A stretch of DNA of 64,000 bases from Lama glama. Taxonomy: Eukaryota. Both the position numbers and the translations under genes were made by a program. Shown in pieces: positions 37,149 through 49,059 of this stretch (the first letter of the stretch is position 1; every line of letters starts with the position of its first letter). The notes under the pieces were generated by a model. That model searched no databases. It was not told where the DNA came from and saw only the letters and a list, made by a program, of their open reading frames with translations. Location: NCBI GenBank assembly GCA_028534125.1, contig CM052825.1, forward strand, positions 20,460,001 to 20,524,000. The letters are read 5' to 3'.

Positions 37149-37390
37149 AGGGCAGAGGTTGACACCAGCACTCCTGCTTTCTCTGTCACCCCAGGGCACC
37201 TCTTGAGAACTTGTTGGGTGTTTTCAGAGTGTGAACCTAGTCAGAGCAGGGGAGACGCAGCCATCGGATATCTTATAGAGGAGTGAGACGAGACTCAGAG
37301 ATGCTGAGGACCTCGGCCACTTGGTGGCTAAGCTGGTCTAAAAGCTCGGGCTCTAACCCAAGAATTCCCTGAGATTCTCCGGAGGGTTCC

Positions 37391-37854
37391 GCACTTGTTT
37401 CTTATGGCGGCTGTAACCAATTATCACAAACATAGTGGCTTTAACCAGCACACATTGATTATCATACAGATCTGGAGGTTGGAAGTCTAAAATGGATCTG
37501 CAGGGCTGTATTCCTTCTAGAAGCTTTGGGGAGAATCTGTTTCCTTGCTTTTCTGCCTTCCAAGGCCCCGTACATCATTTTGTTCATGACCCCCTTTGTC
37601 TTCAAAGCGTGCAGTGCAGCATCTTCAAATTCTCTCTCTCCCTCTGCTTCCATCATCACACAGACTTCTAACTCTGACCCTCATGCGTCCCTCTTCTAAA
37701 GACCTTGTGATTATGTCAGGCCCACCAGGATCATTGAGGTCATCTCCCCCCCTCAAAATCTTTAACTTGGACACATCTGCAAAGTCCCATTTGTCACAGG
37801 TTCTGGGGATGAAGACACAGACATCTTTGGCAGGCCAATATTCAGCCAACCACA
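37391..37854 (-). mobile_element. MaLR solo LTR, MLT1C/D-type
   Basis: gctgtaaccaattatcacaaacatagtggcttt...attcagccaaccaca; TSD gttcc/gttcc. Confidence 0.9.
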
Positions 37855-38464
37855 GTTCCATCCTTTCACCATCACAGGCACGGGTTTTTTAGCCTCAGCC
37901 CATTTCTGCTGCATCACAGATGCATGGTGACTGCTGCTGCGGAGGAAGGAACCATGTCTCCTTTCTCCAAGCCTGCTGCTCTGGCTGGTTCCTTCCTGGT
38001 TTTGCTAAGGGATGAGGACCCCTCTGGGGCATATTTACTCAAGGAGAGAGAACTTCCTTAAAGGCTAATGTGTTCTTCCTCTCACTCCTACCTGCTCTGT
38101 GCCTGCCGGTCTGTGTTCCATGCCTGGACACCCCACACTGCAGGTGGGACAGGATGTTGGGAAATACTGTCCAGTCACTCTGCACCCTCCAGTTCAGCCC
38201 TTCCTAGAGTCCTGCAAACCATCTTTGTAGTTTTCCGGCTAAATTGGTGATGTGTTTCTTACTTGGACAAAGTTTGGCCATGCAGAAGAGATGGCTAACT
38301 GCCCAAGCAGCGTCAGCAAACCCATTTTCCTCTCTCATCACCCTCTGATTTACTCTTTACTGAATGTGAACTTCAGGAATTTGCTCCTTTCTCCCATTTT
38401 TCTAAGAGAGAGTTACAGTGGCTCTGACGAGAAACATCTTCACTCCCACGGTTCTGCAGAGGTC

Positions 38465-38650
38465 AGCAGTTTTCGGCCCCCAGGGGCTTTTGTGCCCCCT
38501 CCCTACCCAGGGAACAATGTTTGGAGGCATTGTGGTTGAATAACTTGGGAAGGGGGCTGCCCCTGGCCAATCCGACAGGGTGCAGAACAGCCCTTGCAAC
38601 AAAGAATTAGCTGGTCCAAGATGCCAGGAATGCTGCACTTCAGAAACCAA
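38465..38650 (+). mobile_element. Degenerate MER20-like MITE
   Basis: caatgtttggaggcattgtggttg...acagcccttgcaacaaagaattagctggtccaagatg. Confidence 0.6.
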
Positions 38651-39951
38651 AAGGAGGAAAATTATATATCTGATCATTTCAGTTTCTTTCTCTATGGGAG
38701 GGGGAATGAGTAAAAATAATTGTCAGAATATGGGCACATTAATAAGCAGGCAGAGTCTCTGGGCTCCAAAGCTTCAAAAACAAGACCAGGTTGCCTACTT
38801 CCTCGGGTTTCATCTGCCCCCCCGCCTGACCCCGTAAGTCTTCTTTCTCCTGTCCTGTGGCTGACCCTGCAGCAGAAACAAGCAGGGAGGACAGAGGATG
38901 AGGAAGGAGACTGCCTCTCCTTGATGTCTGTGAGTGTGGACTCCAGCCTGTTCTGAATGCTGCGCCGGGGTTTCAGACACCAAAGGTGGGTCCTTTTCAG
39001 GGGTTTAGATTCGGGGCAGGGGGCTGTGCACTCCTGATCTCAGCCATTTTCCATAAGACAATTTTCCTGGCTGCTGGGGTTCCGGTGGTGATGGGGGTGG
39101 GTGAGGACAAACCACAGACAACGCTCATGGAAGCTATACTACATAGAAAGCTCAGAGCCCCAGCTCTGTGGAAATCTCCACTAACCAGGAAGGGGAAGGG
39201 AATGCATTTTAGATTTTGAATCCTTTGCATTTGAGTGCCTTAGTGACTTGGGGGTGAGGCATAAACAAAGATAAGGACTCAGGGCTACTTTTTCTTTTTT
39301 TTTTTTTCAATTCCCTAGGCTGTGTGGAGGGCAGGACTCTGAGCAGAGCCAGGTAAAGCCTTCCTCCAAACAGGCTTTTTCTCAAGTAAGGCTGTAAGCC
39401 ACACGGGCTTGCGGAAACCAGATTTCAGCGAGGTAGAATTCTTTGCACTCTATCTTGGCTTGAAATGCTACTGGGGGAGTCAGATCCTCTCGGTCAGCAG
39501 GAATACAGATGGCCAGGAGGAAATTTTACATTGGATTGGAGCAGCAAAATCTTCCTTCTCCTGGTGACAAGAAGAAAATAAAAAAAAAAAAAATAGGCCA
39601 CTGCTTCTTGCTTAAGAGATAAGTTATGTTGTTATATAAGCTATGTGGTTATAGAGGAGTTTAATTCTTCCTTTAAATGCAAAGAAAAAAACAATAATTT
39701 TGAAATGGCTTCATTGATCAAAAAGTAACTACTGGCTGCAAACATTTATTCATACCACACTAGGAATAAGCCTCCTTTATCTTAACAAGAATATTATCTT
39801 GTTATAGGTAATAGTTATTGAACAGCCTGTTATGTACCCAGGCACTGCTTAAGGACTCTGGGAACGTGTTATTTAATTTTCACCCCAATCCTCTTCGTTT
39901 TCTATTTTAAGATGGAGAGTGAGGTCACTGATTTGGGACCTTCATAACTTT

Positions 39952-40062
39952 TCTTTTTTTAAGATTGATTGATTGATTGATTTGATGGACTTAGCAAGGA
40001 CTGAACCCAGGACCTCCTGCACTCTAAGCATGTCCTCTACCACTGAGCTCTTCCCCGCCCCC
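39952..40062 (-). mobile_element. tRNA-derived SINE, camelid vic-1-like
   Basis: Minus strand GGGGGCGGGGAAGAGCTCAGTGGTAGAG (A box)...GGTTCAGTCC (B-box-like)...(AATC)n A-rich tail; perfect 10-bp TSD tcataacttt (39942-39951 / 40063-40072). Confidence 0.9.
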
Positions 40063-40079
40063 TCATAACTTTCATTTAA

Positions 40080-40865
40080 ATGAAGGCATTTAAATACTAC
40101 AAATTTCTGCCTAACCACTTCCTGTCTTAACAACATTCCACACCTTCCTTACCATCTACTATGTTTTCATTTTCATTCAGTTCCAAACACTTTCCAATTC
40201 CCCTCTATGATTTCTTCTTCGACCCAAGGGTTATTTAGAAGTATGCTAGTAAATTTCCAAATGTTTTGAGTTTTCCAGAGATCTTTCTATTTTTACTCTC
40301 TAGTTTAATTCCATTATAGTTAGAAAACATGCTTTGAATGACTTGAATCCTTTTGACTACATTGGGACTTGTATTTTGGTGCAGGATATTGCCATTGTTG
40401 CTAAATGTTCTATGTGGACATTCAAAATACAATGAAAAGAACGTGTACTCCACTGCTGTTGAGTGGAGTGTCCTATAAATGTGAATGTGGTGATGCTGGT
40501 TTGGTGCTGTTCAAGTCTTCTGTTTCCTTGCTGATTTTCCATTTACTTGCTCTATCAGTTATTGAGAGAAGAGTTTGATTTTTCTAACTACAATTGTAGA
40601 ATTCTTGATTTCTCTTTGTGGTTCCCTGTTTTTGCTTTCTGTCTTGTCAAGGTCTGTTATTGGGTGCATAAACACATATGTCCTCTGGAATAACTGACCC
40701 CTGTATTAGTACGAAGTAACTTTCTTTATTCTTTGCTCTGAAATCTACTTTCTCTGATGGAAATATAACTGCTCCAGCGTTTTATAAAAACAGTGTTAGC
40801 ATGGTATATGTTTTCCTATCTATTTTTGTTTAATCTATCTGTGCATTTATATTTAAAGAGCATTT
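40080..40865 (-). mobile_element. Old L1, ORF2 N-terminal APE-endonuclease region (frameshifted)
   Basis: ORF 40235-40453 HRTFSNNGNILHQNTSPNVVKRIQVIQSMFSNYNGIKLE matches the L1 EN motif HGTFSKIDHILGHK...SDHNGIKLEI. Confidence 0.88.
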
Positions 40866-41321
40866 CTAGGAGTTTTATAGTTTCAATTCTTACATTGTTT
40901 GATGACACATTTTGAGTAAATTTTTGGTGTGAGGTAGGGATTTAGTTTCATTCTTTTACTTGTGAATATCCAGTTGTTAAATATCATTTGTTGAAAAGAC
41001 TATTCTTTCCCTCAATGAATAGTCTTGGTACTTTCATCAAAAATCAATGGGCCATAAATGTGAAGATAGACTTCTGGACTGTCAGTTCTATTTCCTTGAT
41101 CTATATGTCTAGCGTTATACCAGTACCACATTGTCTGGATTCTGTAGCTTTGAGATAAGTTTTGAAATCAAGAACTATAAGTACAATTTTGTTCTTCTTT
41201 TTAAGATTGTTTTGGCTACTCTAAGTCATAGGAATTTTCAGACCAGTTTGCCAATTTCTGGAAAAATGTCCAGCTTTGATAGGGATAAATAATAATTAAA
41301 TCTGTAGATCAGTTTAGAGAA
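40866..41321 (-). mobile_element. Old L1, ORF2 region downstream of the RT domain
   Basis: atcatttgttgaaaagactattctttccc...ataccagtaccaca...gtagctttg...ttaaatctgtagatcagttt. Confidence 0.85.
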
Positions 41322-41600
41322 GGTGGTAGGTATAGTAATGACTTCTAAGAAGATATCCATGTTCTAATCTCCTTAACCTGTGTATATGTTACCTTACATG
41401 GAAAAAGGGATATTGTGGATGTGATTAGATTAAGGATCTTAAGATAAGAAAGTGATTCTGGATTATCCTGGTAGACCCAATGTCCTTTATAAGAGGCAGG
41501 AAGGAGGGTCAGGGTCAGAGGAGGAAATGTGACAAAAGAGAGGTTGTTGTTGGAGTAATGTGACCACAAGCCAAGGTATGTGGGCAGCCACTGGAAGCTG
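41322..41600 (+). mobile_element. MLT1C/D-type LTR, 5' part only
   Basis: gatatccatgttctaatctcc...tatgttaccttacatggaaaaaggga...cagccactggaagctg, then breaks off. Confidence 0.8.
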
Positions 41601-42429
41601 CCTGAAAAATCTTAAATCAGGCTGGATATGGAGGATCTGGAGGTGAGCAAAAATAAACAGACAAACAACAACAAAACAATCCCAACTCTAGTGGAGCTTA
41701 GAGACCTTAATCAAATAAACTTATGTATTTAAAAAATGCTTACAGAGGGAGGTAAGAGTTTATAACAACTGACTTGGATTTAATCTATCAGGAGGAAGGA
41801 GTTGACATCAGAATAAGTTGTCCAGAAGAAATATGGAAGAAAGAGGAAGGGCTAATTTGATGAAGCTGGTGAGGTGAACACTTCAGGTAGGGGAAACTAA
41901 CATGGAAAGGTCAGAAAGCAAAAAGCAGACTTCCGCTCTGCCTCCAGGCTGTCATCTCAGAGCGTGTTGGGAGACCAGAGCGAGAGCTATTCTCTGACCT
42001 CATTTCTCACCATCACCTTGGAGGCCCCGGCAGGATGCTGGAATCGAGCTAGAGGCCGGCTTGCTTGCTTTTGGAAGACAAATGTCTCTCTCCCTATCCT
42101 CTTGTGACCCCTCCCCCTACCCTAGATCACTTTCTGCCACTCAGCAGGTCCCACAAACACCTAGCTTCCAACATGCAATTCCCTGGACCCCAGAGTGTGA
42201 ACTGACTGGCTTCTTGAGTGTGCTTTTTCTTCTCTAATTAGCTAGCACACCTGGACTGCCAGTAGCTTCTCCTGAGCCTATGAGGCCACCAGGGGTCGCA
42301 TTAACAGGCTTGGTATAATAAGTCATTGCCATGAAAACTCAAAGTAATTAATTCTAACACTGGGAACTGCTGAAGACTAATTCCACTGAACTGTATTGTG
42401 AAACCAGGGCAAAAGAAAAAAATCATACT

Positions 42430-42650
42430 GCAGCTTAGCAACTTCCTACACCTGATGCTTTTTGTTACATGACTTCATTTAGTCCTCATCAATCAGGTAC
42501 AATAAAACTTATTGCTCTTCTTATTTTATGGATTCTAAGAAGCTAAGGTCCAGAGAGGTCTGCAAAGTCACACAGCTTCAGTGCTGGAGCTGGGATTCCA
42601 TCCCATATCTAAGTTATCACCAAGATCATGTTCTTTCTAGTACCCTCCAT
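42430..42650 (-). mobile_element. MIR SINE
   Basis: catttagtcctcatc...aagtcacacagc...ggagctgggattcca. Confidence 0.65.
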
Positions 42651-44474
42651 GACCTATGCTTTTGGTACTTTGAACTGTATTTTACATGCAAAATTTAACT
42701 AACCCTTTTATTACCAGAGAATTGATGCAGCAGGCTTCTACAATTGTATATATAAATTTTAAATTTCATGATCTCTGTCTAAATAAAATCCCTTGGCCCT
42801 ACTGCATGTCCTGGCACTGCTGATTGTCTGGTCCAGGGAGAGACCCTGAGAGTCTCTGTCCAATGCCTTCTGCCTTCCAGAAGACCTAACTAGGAAAAAA
42901 GGTAACAGAAAGTAACTTGCTGATCTTAATTGCTTTGCCCGCTGTACATGTCTCAGATCAAATACTATTTTGCCCCTTTTTTCCCCTTTAGGGGGGAATT
43001 AATTAAGCTCTAATTACATCGACAGAAAAAATAGAAGCTACGATAAAATTATTTTTTTTTTTAAAAAAAGCTATTAACAAGGTCTGAGCACAGAGCTGGT
43101 AATAACCCAGGGAATGAGCCTCATTTGAATTTTATGGCCTTTCCATTTACATTTTTTTATTAAACCTTTTCTTACAGTCCTCAATATGTCTTCCTTCTAT
43201 GATATAATCATCCTTGGGAATTTTCAGGTGTTAAATTAGTTACCTGGGGGCTCCCCGACTCCTCCCGCATTCAGTCAGAGCATGGTGCAGCCCACGAGGC
43301 AGATTAATAACAAATTTTGAAACCTGATTTAAAAGTTCACACCAAGTTTTTTCCATCTGGAAGGAAGTCTGACTTGTGGAGCCCCTCTGGTCCAGGCAAA
43401 TTAGACGGGAGTAAACATTTTTCTTGTGAGAGAGAAACTTTTGAAGTGTATTTTAATCAGGACATTCCACTGCAAAAAGGGAACTCAACTCTTTCTCCTT
43501 ATCAAATGGAAGCTGGTCATGCAGTCAGGACTGGGCTGATGTGAAGGTGGCAAGGACCTTCCCACGAGGAGGGGTGGGAGAAACCTCCTTGCCCTGCAGT
43601 GCTGTCTCGTCCTATCCTGAATGTCAGAGCTTGAAAGATAAACTGTCCCAGAAGTAGATGTGACCCACCAAGTCACACAGCGAAGGGCGGCTGTGCCTCA
43701 AACCTAGCTCTGGACCCATCCCATGGTTTCTCTGTGGCTGGGTGACTGGGGTAGGGTCTTCAGAATCCAATCCTCAATCCCAAGCCTCCATCTACTGCAT
43801 CAGAACATCTAAGAGTGGAACCTCGTACTCCATATTTGTTTCAAATACCTCCAGGCAGATTCTGACGAATTGTCAGGCATGGGAGTCACCTGATTAAAAT
43901 GTCAAGACCAGATGAAAAACACAAGTTTTCAAGGAAGAGAAACACACCATGTGTCCCAAATAGCAGAGAAGACTGAAACACACTCCCAAGAGCTTCTAGC
44001 CTAGATGGTTCCCACAGGAGAGTTTCTTTGAAATCTTCTCATTTATCCTGAAAATGATATAATTCTAGATTTCACTTTAATAATAACCATTATATGCATA
44101 TGTGTGTGTGCGTGTGTATTTACACCCCAGATGTTATCTGGCTCCAGAATACCTGTTCCATTTCCTAGAACAGCCCATGCTCTGGCCAATGAACATACAG
44201 AGCCTTTCCCAAGGTTTCTGAAAATCCTTGGTGGGGTCAGGTGGGTGCTTATAGCCTCAGGTTCACCTCTGGGCTCTAAATTCCTGCTTCCACTTCAGTT
44301 TGTTTTTGGACCCTCTCACCATTCCATGGACATCGTCTCTAATTTTTGATGCATGTCAAGGGACCCATACCTGATTTCCACTCACATCCATTCTCACAAG
44401 ATACTGGTCTGTACGGTACACTCAAAGAACGATTCATTGGAGAAGAACGAGGGAGAAATGCATTGGATGAGGGG

Positions 44475-45390
44475 CAGTGACGTGCTGCACCTGGTTCACA
44501 AGAGCCAGCTATTAAATGTTCAGGATTTGGGCAATCTGGTTATTAAGCATGGCCATTATTAAAAATTAAATTATATAAACATATAATTAAATAAACTAGA
44601 TTATGAATAAAGCTAATAAATATTCAAAACTCATTACTTACGAATTACTTCACCACACTTCATTATTATCTAGACCATTGACGTTATTTGTCTACTATAT
44701 TTGGGTGGCAGAAATATTATACAATGAGTTGCTACCACTGCATCTCTTCCCAATTCCATGTTTAGTGATTTCACATTGGGAGAATGAAATTGGCCACAGT
44801 GAGAGTTTTTATACCACATAAATTGGCAAATGCTATAAATCAAAGCTTGATTTATTGTTTTGTTGACTGCTAGAGTTAAAAATTAATCGGGAATATATTA
44901 ATAATGCCAATAAGCTTAAGTGTGTCATATCTATGACTAGTATAAAAAAGTTGAGGAAATTTTTTTGTCAATATCTGAAAACTATTACCCATTTCAGCAA
45001 AGTAATCACTCATGTCATTGACAAATGAGTGAAGTTCTGACAGGTCTGTCTCCCTTTTTTCACCTCCATCTTATTCATCAACATAAATGAAAGTATCAAC
45101 CAACATCATGTCAGAACTACACTTGTAATCAGCTATTTATTTTTAGCCTGATTTTGTCAAATCATGGTCGAATCGCAACCATTGATCAGCAATAGATGCA
45201 AGAATTCTGCAAAATTCAAGAAAGCATTCTGTGAGAACCAAGTGGCTATATGGTAAAGAACAGCCTATATTTTGTTCTTATTTGTAAATTGTGTGCTACA
45301 CATCATTTATGTCAGTAAATTAAAAAAAAAATAAACTTACATATATCTCCCCAGAGGGCTAGTTGTTAACCATTTACCAGCCCACTACTC
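44475..45390. mobile_element. hAT-Blackjack element, MER63C/D-type, near full length
   Basis: cagtgacgtgctg...gccattattaaaaattaaattatataaac...ttgttaaccatttaccagcccactactc; degenerate TIRs and 8-bp TSD atgagggg/agaagggt. Confidence 0.88.
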
Positions 45391-45454
45391 AGAAGGGTTT
45401 CTATCATACTAATATAAACACATTGAACAGTAAACATTTATATATCTATATAAC

Positions 45455-45494
<40 letters not shown>
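45455..45494. repeat. (TCTA)10 tetranucleotide microsatellite
   Basis: Perfect array, directly visible. Confidence 0.97.
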
Positions 45495-45604
45495 CTTTCT
45501 CACCTCAAAAATGGGTAATTTTTCTTCTCCTTTCCTCTCTGTCAGGTGCAAAAACTTAATTGCTTTCTTCATCTTCTGTAAAACTATTCAATCATCTCTT
45601 TCAT

Positions 45605-46205
45605 TGGGATATTGGACATTTTGCGGGTTACCATCCAAACATCCAAGTCCCTTTCCCTCATCAACAGCATATTATACTTTCATTGTGGAATGCACCCCTC
45701 TTCCAGTCTCAGTTTGACTGTCTTGAGTAGAATGAACCCTTCCCCAGCTACAGGGATTGACCGACAAGCTTAAGCCAATCAGCATGTCCCAGCTTGCAGG
45801 CTACAGAGATTGGTTAAGAATTGAACACATGACCCAGTGTGGGCCAATGAGAGAGAAGGAAACCCAGGACTTGAGGAGGAGATATCAGAAGAGATATGTT
45901 CCCTTTCTTTGGACAATGTATTCTAAGATAGGAACTACTTCAGGCATTTTATTATCCCAAGGAGAGAAGCCAGAGCTGGGGAAAGAAACTATCAAAACTT
46001 AAGCAGGAAGCCAAGCACCATGGAGAGCAAAGAGGAGAGACAAAATCTGGGTCTCTGGTAAAATCATTTGCGCTACTAGATAAAGCTTTAACTGAATGCA
46101 GGTCTTCCCGATATTTAGGTACAAGAAGCATTAAGTCTCCCTTGTTTTTAAGACCAATTTGAGTTGAGTTTGCTGTCACTTAACCAAAAATGTCCTTAAC
46201 TTTTA
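45605..46205 (+). mobile_element. MaLR LTR, MLT1J/K-type
   Basis: aagccaatcagc...gattggttaagaattgaacacatgacccagtgtgggccaatgag...ccaatttgagttgagtttgctgtcactt. Confidence 0.75.
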
Positions 46206-46664
46206 TATTTGTTTTGACTCCTTTCCTCAGGGGCCTCACTTTCTACCCCAAGGCTAACAAAGCCTTTGAGTGTGGTTACACGAATTTCCTGCCCCTAGAG
46301 AAATTCTATTCAAGTAATAAGATTTAAAAAATAAAAAACTTCACTACATAAAAGTAGTGTCTCTGATAACTTACTGCCAAGCAAAATGAACATTCTAGAA
46401 AGTTGTGCCATATATAGTCCATGGCCTCTGAGTACTTGCTAGCAGAACTGTATATTATAGGGAAGTGAATACTTAATTTGAGGAGACTGGCACTAAAGCA
46501 TTAAGACACCACTTGCATCTCAGATAGTCAACTCTTGGTTGACTATTTGTGTGTTTTATGCCAGTCACAGCATAGGATGTTGAGAGAGCTGGATGTAAAA
46601 TGCAGTAATTTGAGGGAGACGAAGGACAAGGGATGATGATGATGGTGGTGGTGGTGGTGGTCCG

Positions 46665-46860
46665 GTAATAGCAAAAACTTACATGGTGCTTGCTATGTGC
46701 TGGGCTCTGTGCTTTCCGTGAATTAATCCCAACTGCCATCCTACGAGGCAGGCACTGTCCTCCCCAGTTTACAGGTAAAGACGTGAAAATGGTGGCCCAG
46801 GTTCACATGCCTTTGCTCCTGAGTCTGTACTCTAACCACCAGGCTGTATTGCTTCTCCCC
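46665..46860 (-). mobile_element. MIR SINE preceded by (GAT)n(GGT)n
   Basis: cttacatggtgcttgctatgtgctggg...ccccagtttacaggtaaag. Confidence 0.7.
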
Positions 46861-47257
46861 TGTGTGCTTGGGAGAAAACGGAAGTGTATCTGGATCTGAC
46901 TTGCAGGAATAGGTGGGGAATCTCCCTTAGAGGCTCTGAGAGTGGTTGCAGAGTCTCAGCAGCCATGAAAGATGCTTAAACAATGTGAGCACAGCAACCA
47001 AATGCAATTCATGCTTGAAGTGCAGGAGACAAATCAGAGAGGCAGCCAAGAGCACAGTTTCCATGGAGCAGACAAGGCCATCAACAGTGAGGGAACGGAG
47101 GTCAGAAAGATGCAGAACATGTCAGTAAGGAGGGTGAGCAGATTGAAGACTCTGGTTCAGAAGGAGACAATAAACAATGAGAGGGCACCAAAGGATGATT
47201 TTTCTGTATCAAAGTAGGAAAGGTCCAAAGGTTAAAGGCCATGCACTTAGAGGGTCC

Positions 47258-47694
47258 TGTAGTAGATACGTAATGCCACAATAATGCTATGTCACAAGCC
47301 AAGCCAAAAGCCAGTTGCATACAACAACAATTATTTATTTCTGGTTCACAGAGTTTTGGGCCTACTGGGGTTCAGTTGATTTAGGCTACACTCACCTGGG
47401 TTCAGGTCAACTCTACGTCTCTCATTCTCTTTGGACCAGTAGGTGAGCCAAGGCAGGTTTATGTCATAGCAATGACAAAAGTTCAAGACAGCAAGTCCAG
47501 TCATACAAGCACATTTCAAGTCCCTGCTGGCATTTTGTCTGGTATCATTCCATTGGCCAAGGCAACTCATATGACCAAGGCCAAAGGCAGAAGGCAGGGT
47601 AGCACTGCTCACCATGAAGCCATGGCAAAGGAGTGAGTGTCTAATACTATTCCAAGGGAGGGCATAATTAAGACCAATAACTAACTGTACTACA
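47258..47694 (-). mobile_element. MaLR LTR, MLT1H-type
   Basis: taatgctatgtcacaa...aagcacatttcaagtccctgct...ccattggccaaggcaactcatatgaccaag...tactaca. Confidence 0.8.
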
Positions 47695-48333
47695 AGCCCC
47701 AAAGATAAACTTTACCTTATAGTGATATAAGGATCTGCCCCCAAGAGAGAAGCAAGATGTTGGACTGGAAGAATCAATACTGTTAAAATGGCCATACTAC
47801 TCAAGTATAGATTCAATGCAATCTCTATCAAATTACCAATGGCACTTTTCATAGAACTAGAACAATTTTTTTTTAATTTGTATGTAAACACAAGAGAGCC
47901 TGAACAGCCAAAACAATCCTGAGGAAGAAGAACGGAGCTGGATTTATCATGCTCCCTGACTTCAGATCATACTACAAAGCTACAGCAATCAAAACAGTAT
48001 GGTACCAGCACAAAAACACACATATAGGTCAATGGAACAGAATAGAAAGTCCAGAAATAAACCCACATACTCTGGTCAATTACTCTACAACAAAGGAGGC
48101 AAGAGTATACGATGGAGAAAAGACAGTCTCTTTAATAAGTAGTGCTGAGAAAACTGGACAGCTACCTGAAAAAGAATGAAATTAGAAGATTCTCTAATAC
48201 CATCTACAAAAATAAACTCAAAATGGATTGAAGACCTAAACTGAAGACCAGATACCCTAAAACTCCTAGCAGAACCATGGGCAGAACACTCTTTGACATA
48301 AATTGCACTAATATTTTTTTCAAAACAGCTCCT

Positions 48334-48479
48334 NNNNNNNNNNNNNNNNNNNNNNNNNNNNNNNNNNNNNNNNNNNNNNNNNNNNNNNNNNNNNNNNNNN
48401 NNNNNNNNNNNNNNNNNNNNNNNNNNNNNNNNNNNNNNNNNNNNNNNNNNNNNNNNNNNNNNNNNNNNNNNNNNNNNNN
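48334..48479. other. N-run, 146 nt, inside L1
   Basis: Directly visible. Confidence 0.99.
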
Positions 48480-48902
48480 TTAATTTCCAAAATATAGAAG
48501 CAGCTCACACAGCTCAATATCAAAAAAAAAAAAGAAAACCCCAAACAACCCAATCAAAAATATGGGCAGAAGATCTAAATAGACATTTTTCCAAAGAAGA
48601 CACACATATGGCCAACAGGCACATGATAAGATGCTACTTACTCAAGAAATGCAAACCAAAACTACAATGAGGTATCATCTCACACTGGTCAAAATGGCTA
48701 TCATCCAAAAGTCTACAAATAAATGATGGAGAGGGTTTGGAGAAAAAGGAACCTTCCTACAGTGTAGGTGAGAATGAAAATTAGTGCAGCCACTATGGAG
48801 ATCAGTATGGAGGTTCCTTAAAAAACTACAAATGGAGTTACTCTATGATCCAGCAATCCCACTCCTGGGCATATATCCAGAGAAAACTCTAATTCGAAAA
48901 GA

Positions 48903-49059
48903 NNNNNNNNNNNNNNNNNNNNNNNNNNNNNNNNNNNNNNNNNNNNNNNNNNNNNNNNNNNNNNNNNNNNNNNNNNNNNNNNNNNNNNNNNNNNNNNNNN
49001 NNNNNNNNNNNNNNNNNNNNNNNNNNNNNNNNNNNNNNNNNNNNNNNNNNNNNNNNNNN
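48903..49059. other. N-run, 157 nt, inside L1
   Basis: Directly visible. Confidence 0.99.

Noticed and set aside
39985-40062. A tRNA gene
   Set aside because: The A-rich tail, TSD and degenerate stems/B box identify it as a SINE copy.
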